Source: Octopus sinensis (Eukaryota). From it: 64,000 nt of DNA. Both the position numbers and the translations under genes were made by a program. The stretch covers positions 100,750,001 through 100,814,000 of the forward strand of contig NC_043002.1 of NCBI RefSeq assembly GCF_006345805.1. The letters are read 5' to 3'. This document shows, piece by piece, positions 53,080 through 64,000 of this stretch; position 1 is the stretch's first letter, and each line of letters begins with the position of its first letter. The notes beneath the pieces were generated by a model. The model saw nothing but the letters and a program-made list of their open reading frames with translations, was not told the origin of the DNA and ran no database searches.

Positions 53080-53625
53080 ATTATTCAGTTTATTTCAAGA
53101 TTGTGCAGATTTGTGTGTCTTATGTATCTATTCTGGTGTATGTAGTTTCTTATATAGACATGCTCGTATATATTTAAATGATAAACTTCTGGAAAGTTTT
53201 ACAGAATTTTAGAGTTCCAGTGATGGACTGGATCTGTTGTCTTCGAATTAGCTTTCTACTTTCTAGTTTTGAGAAGCCTAATTCCTCAAGTTTGGTAATT
53301 AAGTATTACGTTACATATCCCAGGGCCCCCAGATTTAAAGGTTGAAACCTGAACTTGTAATCTGGATAGAGCAACTGCTGATATCTCAATAGTTCAGCAT
53401 AGGTATTCTCTCTTTCACTGATCTTCAGCTTTTTCTGGGCAGCTAATTTCCACAACAGTGTGCAGTTTCTCTCCTCTATTCCAAATAATTATATCAGGTC
53501 TTTTGTGCTTACATTATATTATGAGTGGCAACGGTTTCTACCATATTGTGGGTTCTTGTTTGTTTGTCCTCTAGATTATCCTTCCGACAGATTTAATTAT
53601 AGAGTGTTCTAGCTACATCGCCATA
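53080..53625 (-). mobile_element. Second RLE-type non-LTR retrotransposon, 3' end
   Basis: DVARTLYN.ICRKDN, KHKRPDIIIWN..VVEISCP..ENTYAELL..LYPDYKF..LGALG..ITGTLKFCKTF. The 3' end abuts (TA)n at about 53075. Confidence 0.8.
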
Positions 53626-53629
53626 ACTC

Positions 53630-54150
53630 AACGGTAGATAATACCCTGATGACATTTTTGGGCAACTGCTTATGATGTGGGTGTGAACTTCAGTGTGAAC
53701 TCCACGTAGTCTGCATCGGTTGTTACATTTTACGGCTTTTCCTGCATCGTTATCCATTTTGTGCATCAGGTACTTGGTTGATATTTCCTGTTCCTGGATT
53801 GCAAAATCTTATCCTTCAAAGTAGGAGGTAGTAATCTGGCTATTGTTCCATGATAAACTGCTTTGACGATCGAATGCTACTATTATCACGGAGCCGTCTA
53901 TTAACATATCTTCTCCTCATATAGGTTCATCCTTTCATTTCATTACGTTGCGGTAGTCATGCAACGTTTTTGAGCTTGTATTCTACATTACCAGACAAAG
54001 TGTTGCTCAAGGAGCTGCCTTCCAAGTCTTATGGTTTTATCAGTTTCGTGTATGCAAACTTGGTCAAGCGATACACTAACGACCAAGTGTGTCGCTTAAA
54101 AATATTGCCGAAGGGATATGATGCGACATACAAAGGCATTTTAGATCGAT
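53630..54150 (+). mobile_element. Possible decayed Helitron helicase C-terminus
   Basis: Frameshifted pieces PGL / KILSFKVG and LVFYIT..AQG..FQV..GQ resemble PIF1-type motifs (PGLPPH.L.LKVG; LAFA.TINKAQGQ; GQLYV). Weak. Confidence 0.4.
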
Positions 54151-54353
54151 GTTAAGCCTCTGCCGCATTGTTTTCGTTTTAAGTAGGGGCCATCTACGTC
54201 ACTGCTTATGTGGAAATTATGTATGTATGTATGTATGTATCTATATATATAACTATGTATGTATGCTTATACCTATTTTGTTTATGGCTTGTATAAATGT
54301 TTGTATATTTAATTACAGTAGTCAAAGTGAGAATGTTATAGTATTTGTCTATA

Positions 54354-54398
<45 letters not shown>

Positions 54399-54399
54399 T

Positions 54400-54950
54400 T
54401 CGTGCTGTCATCGAAATTACACTGCACGAGAGATCTCAACAGCTGGCAATTAAATTCATCGAAGTTATCATTACTTTATCCTTTAATGGCTGTAAATTTG
54501 TAAAGATTTAAATGCTGTTATAGTAAAAAAGATAATTAACAACGCTAGCCAATTTTATTTGGTAATATTTGCATTTCGCTATATATAAATAATTATTTTA
54601 TATAATTTATATTTTTATAGAAAGTGAGACTGACCAGTCTAGAACCGAAAACGAAATCGAAACCGATGCCAGAATCAATTTGCAATAAACCGATGAAGAA
54701 GGAGATAATCCTTATACCGGGTCAAGCTTTAATCTTTCTCTCTTATAATCCTCACAGAAACGCGTGTAATAAATAACGCAATAAACTCATTTCACAGCCA
54801 ACTGCGCTATTTGTTTTGCTCTGTTTTCTTTTTTCTGATGGATACTCTGTGATCTTTATGATTGTTAGAAACCATTAGGAGGAAAATCTGATTCAAAGGC
54901 AACATTTACTTTTTGTAAATATTTTCTCTCCAATTTTAAGGTTGGGTTGA
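54400..54950 (+). repeat. Repeat X, partial copy
   Basis: gatgaagaaggagataatccttataccggg and tgatctttatgattgttagaaacc are shared with the other two copies. Confidence 0.65.
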
Positions 54951-55852
54951 AAACTATATGTTAATGGGTTTAGATTTATTAAGGATTTATTATGCTCAGA
55001 ATTATCTGATACATCTTCGTGGGCAACCTTGCTACAGATGGTGTCTCGATAAAAATACCGGTCGGTGGCAAGCTAAAATCGCGCCTCATTTATGAGAGTA
55101 AATGCTACCGATAACGATGTGAACGGGACTAGAGCCAATGCTGGAGATGCCGCGTCTAGCAGGTGTCCCATTTTGCAACGGGGTGAGCCAGATTGTAATG
55201 CAAATAAAACAGTTGCAGAAGGTATGGGATTGAAGATGCATGAGAAGAGAGCATTGACGGAAAGAAAAGGAAATAAACAATATTGGAGGAAAAGGAAAAT
55301 GTAAAATGTTACAAGTTTCCTGAGCAGTTTAGTGTCGATACTTGACAGAAGAAGGAAAGGAGCATTGAAAAAATGATGGGAAATTTGAAAAAAGGAAGAA
55401 GTATTGTGTTGATACAAAATGGTCTGAATATTGTGACTTCTGAGGGTTTTATCGATTATTTCTAAGACTTGTGTACAATCAATAAAGAAAACCTTTCATA
55501 TGGCAATTTATATCCGTGTCACAATGCTCCAGTTTTAAGGCAACGATTATATCGTGCCTTTTAAGTTGCTGAAGTAAGGTTTTAAAAACATATAATTTGT
55601 AAGAAAATTAAAGCTTTGAAATATGTATCTTCTAAAAACTGACTTAGGTTTCTATATGAGAGTATCTATCTATCTCTCGATCGATCTACCTACGATGTTA
55701 TCCTTTGTGTTGTGTGGATCGGTGCAAACTTGTTTTTATTTTTTATTTTTTAGTTCAGGGGCAGACGAAGAAGCCATTGTTTCCTCTTCTCTACGAGCCA
55801 TAAAATAGTCTATAGTTGTCAGCAAGTATTTTATAAAATGTCATTATTATAT

Positions 55853-56060
55853 TTACTACCCACAAGTGGATAAACACAGAGGTGACAAACAAGGACAGAC
55901 AAAGGGGTTAAGTCGATTAGATCGACCCGAGTGCGTAACTGGTACTTATTTAATCGACCCCGAAAGGATGAAAGGCAAAGTGTACCTCGGCGGACGTTGA
56001 ACTCAGAACATACAAACAGACAAAATACCTATTTCTTTACCACCCACAAAGGGCTAAACA
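55853..56060 (-). mobile_element. SINE family B with start of a tandem partner
   Basis: Junction aaatacc|tatttcttt at 56029/56030. Confidence 0.85.
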
Positions 56061-56939
56061 AGTGATATTCTGGTGTATATAAATATATATATACCAGAAT
56101 ATCACTAATAGAAACGATGAGAGGGCAAAATAGTTAGCACGCCGGGCATTTTCGCTTACCGAAAATTTTAATGGCTTTCTGACTTGAATTGAAACTTCTC
56201 GGAGTTCGATTTTGTATTCGATCCCTTCCAGGTCAATAAAATAAGTACCATTTAAGTATTAGAGTCATTGTAATCGACTTACCTGTTCCCCTGAAAGTGC
56301 TAACATTTTGCCAAAGTCTTGGGCCAGTATAGGCATAATTATGTCACCGAAATAGTTTAAATACAATAATCAATAAAGTGATCGTTTTCTGATCAATAGA
56401 TTGTCGGTTGTCTAATGGCGCATGTTCTAAGGCAAACACAGATGATTTGTCCATCAGTGTCGGCATCTGCTGAAATCACACCTGCATATATAAGGGAGAT
56501 AAAAACATTGAAACCGCGATGTCATATGCCGGATTATGTAAAAGTCTGTGAGTATATATTTTAAGCTATTTGATTTAACCCATGTAGTATATTTTCTCCA
56601 TATTACAGTTGCGTTGTCCTTGTAATAAATACTTCGCATTCAGTTCTAAATTTTACTCCAGTTAGCTCATTGTTTAGGCAGCATCTAAATTTGGGCAAAA
56701 TTTGAAAGTATGAAAAAGTCAGGGTTGCATGTACCTAGGGCCTCATTATATATATTTACTAGTATTGAAGCGTTGTTTTAATATGTGGAATGCCTCTTTT
56801 AGGCATAACTTACAGACTGAGCGTTGACCTTTTGTACGTAGGCCCTGAGTCTTATGAACCATGACAAGATGTAGGGAATATTTCTATTTTTGAGATGATA
56901 TATGTGACTGGCGTGTGTTGTGGATTTACTGTGTTTCTC

Positions 56940-56940
<1 letters not shown>
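56061..56940 (+). repeat. Mosaic duplicate: 14-bp-arm hairpin around (TA)n (56061-56106), copy of 45322-45902, then copy of 49997-50270 (PLE 3' end)
   Basis: agtgatattctggt..accagaatatcact hairpin. Join gttagctc|attgtttaggcagc at 56668/56669. ORF 56799-57017 repeats the PLE peptide KHSKSTTHASH..LKNRNIPYILSW. Confidence 0.82.
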
Positions 56941-56981
<41 letters not shown>

Positions 56982-57354
56982 GCAATTAGCTTGTTTTCGC
57001 CATTGCTGGACGTACATTTCTACGTATATTTTAAACTAAACTAATGATATCAAAATATGCAAAAACTTGACCTTGAATTCGTTATGCTAGTCATTTTCTT
57101 AGAGATGTCGTACACTTTCAAACAATTCAGAATATTTGTCATATTTGCTGGAAATTTATGCACACAGGAGTACTCTGCACACTGGTGTTGGATAGTTATT
57201 TCCAGAAAATTCATCAATATCTCTGAGGGTCATAATATAAGACTAATTTTTAGAATCCTTTCTTCTAACAGTATTCACACGTTCAGTAAATAAATTAGAA
57301 TAATACCAAGCAATGAAAATACACACATATACACAGGCACATTATATAAAAACA

Positions 57355-57805
<451 letters not shown>

Positions 57806-57809
57806 GAAA

Positions 57810-58702
57810 TACAACGTACGGAGCGAGGTAAATTGTCTACATTTTACATTTTTAATTTCGCGCATACACATCGTTTGTTTTGGATTTTGACGCCAACACA
57901 GTATCGTAGGGTCAGTTGGGCAACGTCTGTGAGAAGAACAGCACCATGACACATTTCACTCTGCCTGGAATTAGGAATCGACATGCTGTACTGCTTGCTG
58001 TTCTACATACTCTACTAGCTGCGCCGGAAGCTCCAATACGAACCTTTCAGAGTAATTGCGTATGAATCTGAAGACAGCGCAATATAAGTGTGATATGTAC
58101 CGAGATTGATAAAAATGAAATATCCAGTCAACATCATAGTGTTTGGAACGATCACAAGTGATAGCGATATTGTGCTTGCATTCATCTTCCAAAACGGCCT
58201 CAGACTCAACATTGACGCCCACATCAAGTGCCTGGAGGAGCTAGTGCTGCCCTGGGTCAAAAGGGTAGCTAGTGAAAGACTCTACGTCTGGCAACAGGAC
58301 TCTATACCATGCCACACAAGCAGTAGAACCCGTTCATGCTTGTCAGAAAATTTCTGCGGCCACATCACCCCTAACATCTGGCCACCTAACTCCCCAGGCA
58401 GCAAACCTATTTCTTATTATTTGTGGGGCGCAATTAAAGCGGGAGACCAACAAAACTCCTCGTAACATCATAAATGAACCGAAGGCAAGGATTATGGCAG
58501 TATTCACCAACTTAAACACGGAGACCGCCCAGAAGATTTGCAGGAGATTTTGAAGTCATCTGGAGGCCATGGTTGAAGCCAATAGCGGTTTTATTGAAGA
58601 AATTTACTCTTTAGTAATTTTGGTAAATATATCTGTTAAAATGAGATGTCTGTTATTTTCATTTTTGCCTAATTTAGACGACAGTTTATTCACCGCAGCC
58701 TG
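57810..58702 (+). mobile_element. maT (DD37D) Tc1/mariner element with internal deletion
   Basis: KMKYPVNIIVFGTITSD and WQQDSIPCHTS...IWPPNSPGSKPISYYLWG, with 37 residues from the second catalytic D to the third catalytic position (here mutated to S). Degenerate TIRs at both ends. Confidence 0.82.
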
Positions 58703-58714
58703 GATATTATATCG

Positions 58715-59830
58715 GAGTAAAATTTTAAACCTTATAATTAACATCTCTACGCAATTTTATTTGTTAATATTTGATTCCATTTTATGTAAATAATAATTTT
58801 GTGTATCTATATTTTTATAGAACGACAGATTTGCCAATCGGAAACCGAAGCCAAAATCAAACCAGTTTACTATGAACTGATAAAGAAGGAGATAATATTT
58901 ATATCGGGCTAAGATTTAATTTTTGTCATGGTGCATCAACATGGCCGCAGCACTGAGCTGAAACTAGAGAGAAAAACAAATCATCACTGAACTACGAGTG
59001 AGAAATAATGTAATAAACTAATTACAGAGCCAACCCAACAGCTTCTTTTTGTGTTGTTTTTCCTATATATCCACTAGGATTTTAATGATTGTTAGAAATC
59101 GTTACAACGAAGTTTTGATTAAAATGCAACATTTCTTTCCATTCCGCCAATCATTCATCTGAGACCTTTCAAAATTCTTCAAGGCCACCATAACAAAATC
59201 CCCTACCGTTCTTTTTCTCCTCAATTGCCCCTTCGTTTTACCGCACCTTCAATCGTAATTCACTTAGACAGACACCACACCGACACACTTTATCTCATCA
59301 CCAAACTATCACTTACATTCAGTACTCTAATACACAAACCCCGCTGCCCATCAAAGCTTCATAGCCAACGCTTACACTCATGCACACATACATACAGCCT
59401 CTCCTCCACCTTATTACCGCATACATCAACACGTCCAGACATACAAAATGTTTTACATTATCGGGGTATGATTTATAGCCAAACGTACCTGCTCCCTGTC
59501 CACGTACACCCATCCGCGTAAACACACAGACGTACTAAATTGCACTTTGTCTCTACTTTAAACCCACACATGCACCATACCTGTGCTAGAATTCACACCT
59601 CGCTCATATATACCTGACATTTCCACTGTGCTTTATAACTCTCCTTAACTTGCTTAATTGCTCAAGGCCATAGTTAATCTTTGCCACTGACACTTCATGT
59701 CGCTTATACAAACAAAAAAAAAAGAGAACTCACTGATACTTCCAACCGCACAAAGACACACGCCCCGGCTACTCTGGACTATAACTCCCCTCGCTAACAC
59801 ACGCACTTTTCTCTACCTCTTCCTCCTTAT
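58715..59830 (+). repeat. Repeat X, long copy
   Basis: Reverse-complement homologue of 35840-36900. Confidence 0.7.
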
Positions 59831-59929
59831 CACCCGTTGTTTCGCCCTCCACGTTTTCTGTTGTCTTCATAATGCGTTACTTCTCCGTAGAATTTAGGCG
59901 TCACTTCTCGGGGTTTTTTTCTGCTGCTA

Positions 59930-60195
59930 TTTGATGGAAGATTATCCTGATGTTTTTTTCCAAGGTCATCACAGCTGACGAAAGCTGGTGCTTCGGAATT
60001 TGCAGTTGTATAAGAAGTGAATAAAAACAACGACGGACGAGTTAAAAGGCATCACTTCGCAAGAATTCCAGAAGTGCTTCGAATCGTGGAAACCGCGCCA
60101 GGACAATACTTTGAAGGCGGTAAAAGTGTAAACATGTAAAACTAATTGAATAAAATGTTGTAAAATTTCGGTTTCTTTTCAGTATTCGCTCGTAT
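59930..60195 (+). mobile_element. Internally deleted mariner fragment
   Basis: PDVFSKVITADESWCFG joined to TDELKGITSQEFQKCFESWK..YFEG, with a TIR-like end. Confidence 0.65.
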
Positions 60196-61523
60196 GTCTC
60201 TATGTACAAATATATACATACATATATATGTACACACTCACACACACACACATACGTACGCACACTCGCATGCATACATCTACATATACACCAATACATA
60301 CATATATATTTTACAATTATTTTGGCACACATACCATCAAGTTATAAATAACAAGCTGGAGAAAATAGAAATTCTTTAATGAACGGAGAAATTCGAAGGA
60401 TTGCTTCTATCCACGGATTGGTCACCTGTCAAAGTGTACATGAAATGTTGCTTCGTGTCTCATGCTTGGTCTACTTCTAACTCTATGCTGAAGGGTTTTT
60501 CAATCTACTGTTTGAATTTCATTATCTATATACTCAGAATGCGCCCCAAAATCAATGTTTCAAAACAAAAGATTTTGCATCCATTCGTAAGTTTATAAAA
60601 TATTTATATTGTTAAGAACGGCGGCCAGATAATCATAAATACTATGAAATAGATGATTAATGATACATCAATAACAATTATAATCATGTTTATAACTACT
60701 ATAGAAACATCAACACATGCCCATAGGCGGTGACCAGTTAAAAAAGTAAACGCTGAAAAATTTGAACCCAGAGCACATTCAATCAAAGAGGTAACAACGG
60801 CAGACAGGTAATCATAGATACTACGAAATAGTCGATCTATGATTTATACACACGACTATGCAACCCCTATCCCCATCCCCCATCAAAACATATAAGAATA
60901 ATCTAATACAGTAAATACCCAACAATGTGATCAAAACCCACAAGATGTGACATAGAAGGCCGATACCCGAGCACAACCTGCGCTACACAATATTAAAACT
61001 AATACAACAGAAGACTCAAAACCAACCACAATATCCCCCTCGATCACAAAGGTACAGCAAATGGCGCAATACAAAGTTGCTTGAAACATTCAGATGTCGA
61101 GAAATAATAGTGGTGATAACGATGGGGACGACAATTACCTTACCTCAGTTAATGAGACAGGAGCTTCCTAAAGCTCTGGTTGTAACAGCGAAAATGAAGT
61201 TGGGCCATTAAGGGAAGGCTTCTCTCTCGGCAGTGGTTCAGTAAAAATGCAGACTGACCACAGCTGTTATCCTCATACAGCATCAGCAGATAATAGAACA
61301 AGGACGAGGAACTGGACTCTTCTTCCGGTATGTATGCATGCAAGTATGTACAGTACATATATATATATATATTCGGTTAAGTAATTGAGATTCTAGTGAA
61401 TTCTAAAGAATTCACTTGAATATGGTCCTTAACTAGGATGCACCGGAAATCTATATGGTGTTAACCATACGACAAGTGGGGTGATTACAAATAGGAAAAA
61501 AGCAACAAAAATGGATTAAAATC

Positions 61524-61607
61524 TCGGTACGATCGTTTCGTACGAGGACATCTTTAATAAGCTACAAAAAATGCAGTGAATACAGATGGCTCGTACTCGT
61601 CAGCCGA
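61524..61607 (-). ncRNA. Type I hammerhead ribozyme (left arm, minus strand)
   Basis: Mirror image of 61704-61787. Confidence 0.82.
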
Positions 61608-61703
61608 AAAAACATCAGAGAATTCCCAAACATCAAAAGGGGTAGATACAAAACCTCTTTTGTATCTACCCCTTTTGATGTTTGGGAATTCTCTGATGTT
61701 TTT

Positions 61704-61787
61704 TCGGCTGACGAGTACGAGCCATCTGTATTCACTGCATTTTTTGTAGCTTATTAAAGATGTCCTCGTACGAAACGATCGTACCGA
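61704..61787 (+). ncRNA. Type I hammerhead ribozyme (right arm, plus strand)
   Basis: TCGG-CTGACGA-GTACGAG(43 nt, with extra CATCT:AGATG pairing)CTCGTAC-GAAA-CGATCG-TA/CCGA. Intact core, G10.1-C11.1 pair, palindromic helix III, and predicted cleavage after 61783. Confidence 0.82.
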
Positions 61788-61815
61788 GATTTTAATCCAT
61801 TCTTGTTGCTTTTTT

Positions 61816-61847
<32 letters not shown>

Positions 61848-61848
<1 letters not shown>

Positions 61849-62411
61849 TATACTACTATGGCAATCCCTCAAGGTCGAGGATGATGGTCTTCGCGCAAAT
61901 TTATTGGTGAGTCCGCAGGTGACTGATAAGACCAATTCTTGCTCGAAAAGATCGGTCACAGTGCGGACACCTAGTGCCGGAAGGGAGAGTCGCACGTGGT
62001 TGTTGTTGGCGCTCCTTCCGTCGTCGTCTTTTCTCCTCCAGCTCTGCAGACCTTTTCGACTCGAAATTTGCCGTTCCCTCATGGATGGTGGTTTTCCAGA
62101 GTGGTCTGATTTTTGCCGTTTCCTCCCAGTTGGTGAAGTCAATGTCACACTTTTTGAGGTTCGATTTCAGGGAGTCCTTGTAGCGTTTCTCCTGGCCTCC
62201 TTTTGTACGCTTGCCGTACAAGATCTGTTTGGGAAGTCGTTCGTCAGTCATTCTAACCACGTGGCCGCTCCATCTTAGTTGGCCTTTCATGACATAGGCT
62301 TCGATGCTGGTCATTTTTGCTTCTTGTAGCACGCTGACGTTAGTTCTTCTGTCTTCCCAGCTGATGTTGAGGATCTTCCGAAGACAGCGTTGGTGAAATT
62401 TCTCGAGCGTC
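61848..62411 (-). mobile_element. RTE-clade LINE 3' end, young, with C-terminal CCHH zinc finger
   Basis: ORF 61901-62332: QLRWSGHVVRMTDERLPKQILYG..GGQEKRYKDSLK..CPHCDRSFRARIGLISHLRTH. Short (TAG)n-like tail, between (TA)n and (GATA)n. Confidence 0.9.
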
Positions 62412-62414
62412 TAT

Positions 62415-62418
62415 CTAT

Positions 62419-62507
<89 letters not shown>

Positions 62508-62520
62508 AATATAGATATAG
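62415..62520. repeat. (GATA)n microsatellite
   Basis: Direct reading. Confidence 0.97.
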
Positions 62521-63112
62521 GTATAGATATAGATATACATGTATTTATACACCCACATACATATATACAAATGGAAGATCCAAGGATCTTTAATTAATTA
62601 ATTAATTAATTATATTGACAATATAATTCTCTCCCTGATAATAAACTACAGATTCTTCTGTAGGAATTTGTTGGTCTATCACTCACGTGGGTGAACAGGG
62701 GAAGATGCGTAGCCTCATTCGTATGTTTTGAATTCGTTAGTACTGGATGTCGAAGATGGTTTGTCTGAGGTTACTCAAATCAGATTAGTATGTTCGATTT
62801 TTAGTGCTCTCAAATTTAAATTTAAAGAAATATCTGTACAGATGATGGGAATGTTAGAATAGTGATGTATTTCTAGCATCTCTATATCTGACTAACCCAG
62901 AAACGCGTTCACAAGTAATCTAATTTCGAGTGAACTTTCGTTATTTTTCCCTCTATGCCTACGTGAATTGTTTTTGAGTATACGTTGTCTGGGAGACTCT
63001 TCTTATAGTAGAAGAAATAGCTAAATTTTTTGGCTGCTATTTCTAAAATTTCGGTATGTGGTAAAGCAAATATTTTTTGCAGAACCATAATTATATAAAG
63101 TGTGTGTATATT

Positions 63113-63490
63113 ATTTTACATGTTTCAGTCATTTGACTGCGGCCATGCTGGAGCGCCGCCTTTTTAGTCGAGCAAATCGACCGCAGGACTTATTCGTTGT
63201 AAGCCTAGTTCTTATTCGATCTCTTTTTGCCGATCCTCTAAGTTACGGGGATGTAAACACACCAGCATCGGTTGTCATGCGATGTTGGAGGGACAAGCAC
63301 AGACGAACAAATATATACACACAAATACATATATATATGTGTGTGTGTGTGTGTGTGTTCTTTCAGTTTCCGTCTACCAAATCCACTCACAAGGATTTGA
63401 TCAGCCGGAGGCTATAGTAGAAGACACTTGCCCAAGGTGCCACGCAGTGGGACTGAACCCGGAACCATGTGGTGGTAAGCAAGCTACTTC
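63113..63490 (-). mobile_element. SINE family A
   Basis: Reverse complement of the 168-590 element, including the internal microsatellite. Confidence 0.85.
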
Positions 63491-64000
63491 ATTTCAAAAA
63501 TTTTGCCATAAAGCCATGACACAGAGTAGGTTGCGGGCTGGACAAAAACATTGATGAGGTGAATGATGAAAAAAGGATGATATTAATGGGAGAAGATAAA
63601 AACGTCCACCGATATTTTGCTTCTCTAAAATATTATTCCCTTCTTTTCTTTATTTTTTCACAGAAGAAACACAAAACGAGGTATTGAACCTCTTACTTCA
63701 GTTTTACAGTTATTGGACTAATAATCCATTTAAAAATTGGGGCGTTAAGCCTCTTAAACACAATACAGTAAACATTAAACGTTATACAATAAATATTATA
63801 ACACTGAAGCTTTTCAACCTTCCCAACATCCCTTGTGCCCATATTCTCCGCCATCATCCACTCCTCATTCAAGACCAAGGCGGGATCCGAGTCGGTGTCA
63901 CCCGGCCACAAGCGATATTCCTCATTGAGTCCCTGCAGCCTAAGCATTATGGGCAACGTTATGACCTCTTCACCTATCTGAAGGAGACCATTCGGGATCC

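Larger units (their letters stand above)
61491..61820. repeat. Near-perfect palindrome: 163-bp arms, 4-nt loop (cctc, 61654-61657), one mismatch
   Basis: Arm-by-arm comparison. The only difference is at 61509/61802. Confidence 0.95.

Noticed and set aside
55750-55810. Exon-like segment after a strong polypyrimidine tract (ttttttag/ttcag GGGCAGACGAAG)
   Set aside because: The same sequence occurs inverted at 26090-26290 as part of a transposon end, and two of three frames hit stops quickly.
61130-61335. Splice-like signals on both strands (cctcag...CCG|gtatgt on +; GAG|gtaagg on -)
   Set aside because: All frames tested contain stops. It could only be a UTR exon and there is no supporting evidence.
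62560-63060. Possible PLE endonuclease C-terminus and decayed HHR on the minus strand
   Set aside because: Too degenerate to support: no intact motif in any frame, and the core reads CTGATTTGA...AAAA.

Overview
AT-rich, repeat-saturated animal genomic DNA. The SINE families, microsatellite load and TE mix are most consistent with an octopus (coleoid cephalopod) genome; this is an inference. There is one 100-N scaffold gap (17198-17297). No complete protein-coding gene is present, and only one convincing host exon was found (42766-42900, + strand, 135 nt, phase 1-1, Cys-rich module). Almost all ORFs in the supplied track are microsatellite translations or TE fragments. Mobile DNA includes three or four tRNA-derived SINE families; CR1/L2-like, RTE and restriction-like-endonuclease (R4/Dong-like) LINEs; several Penelope-like elements (PLE; RT and GIY-YIG pieces); mariner, maT (DD37D), pogo/Tigger, hAT and Helitron fragments; and two unusual minisatellites. 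The most interesting signal is non-coding: about a dozen type I hammerhead ribozyme (HHR) motifs, identified by eye. They occur in a near-perfect 330-bp palindrome carrying one HHR per strand (61491-61820), in a tRNA-headed SINE-like element (3178-3491), and as a U3-A8 core variant within a duplication/inversion (49147-49838). They are repeatedly associated with fold-back structures and (TA)n tracts. In parallel, R4/Dong-like LINEs and other passengers are stacked inside (TAA)n tracts. All alignments and structures were read manually; boundaries of degenerate elements are approximate.
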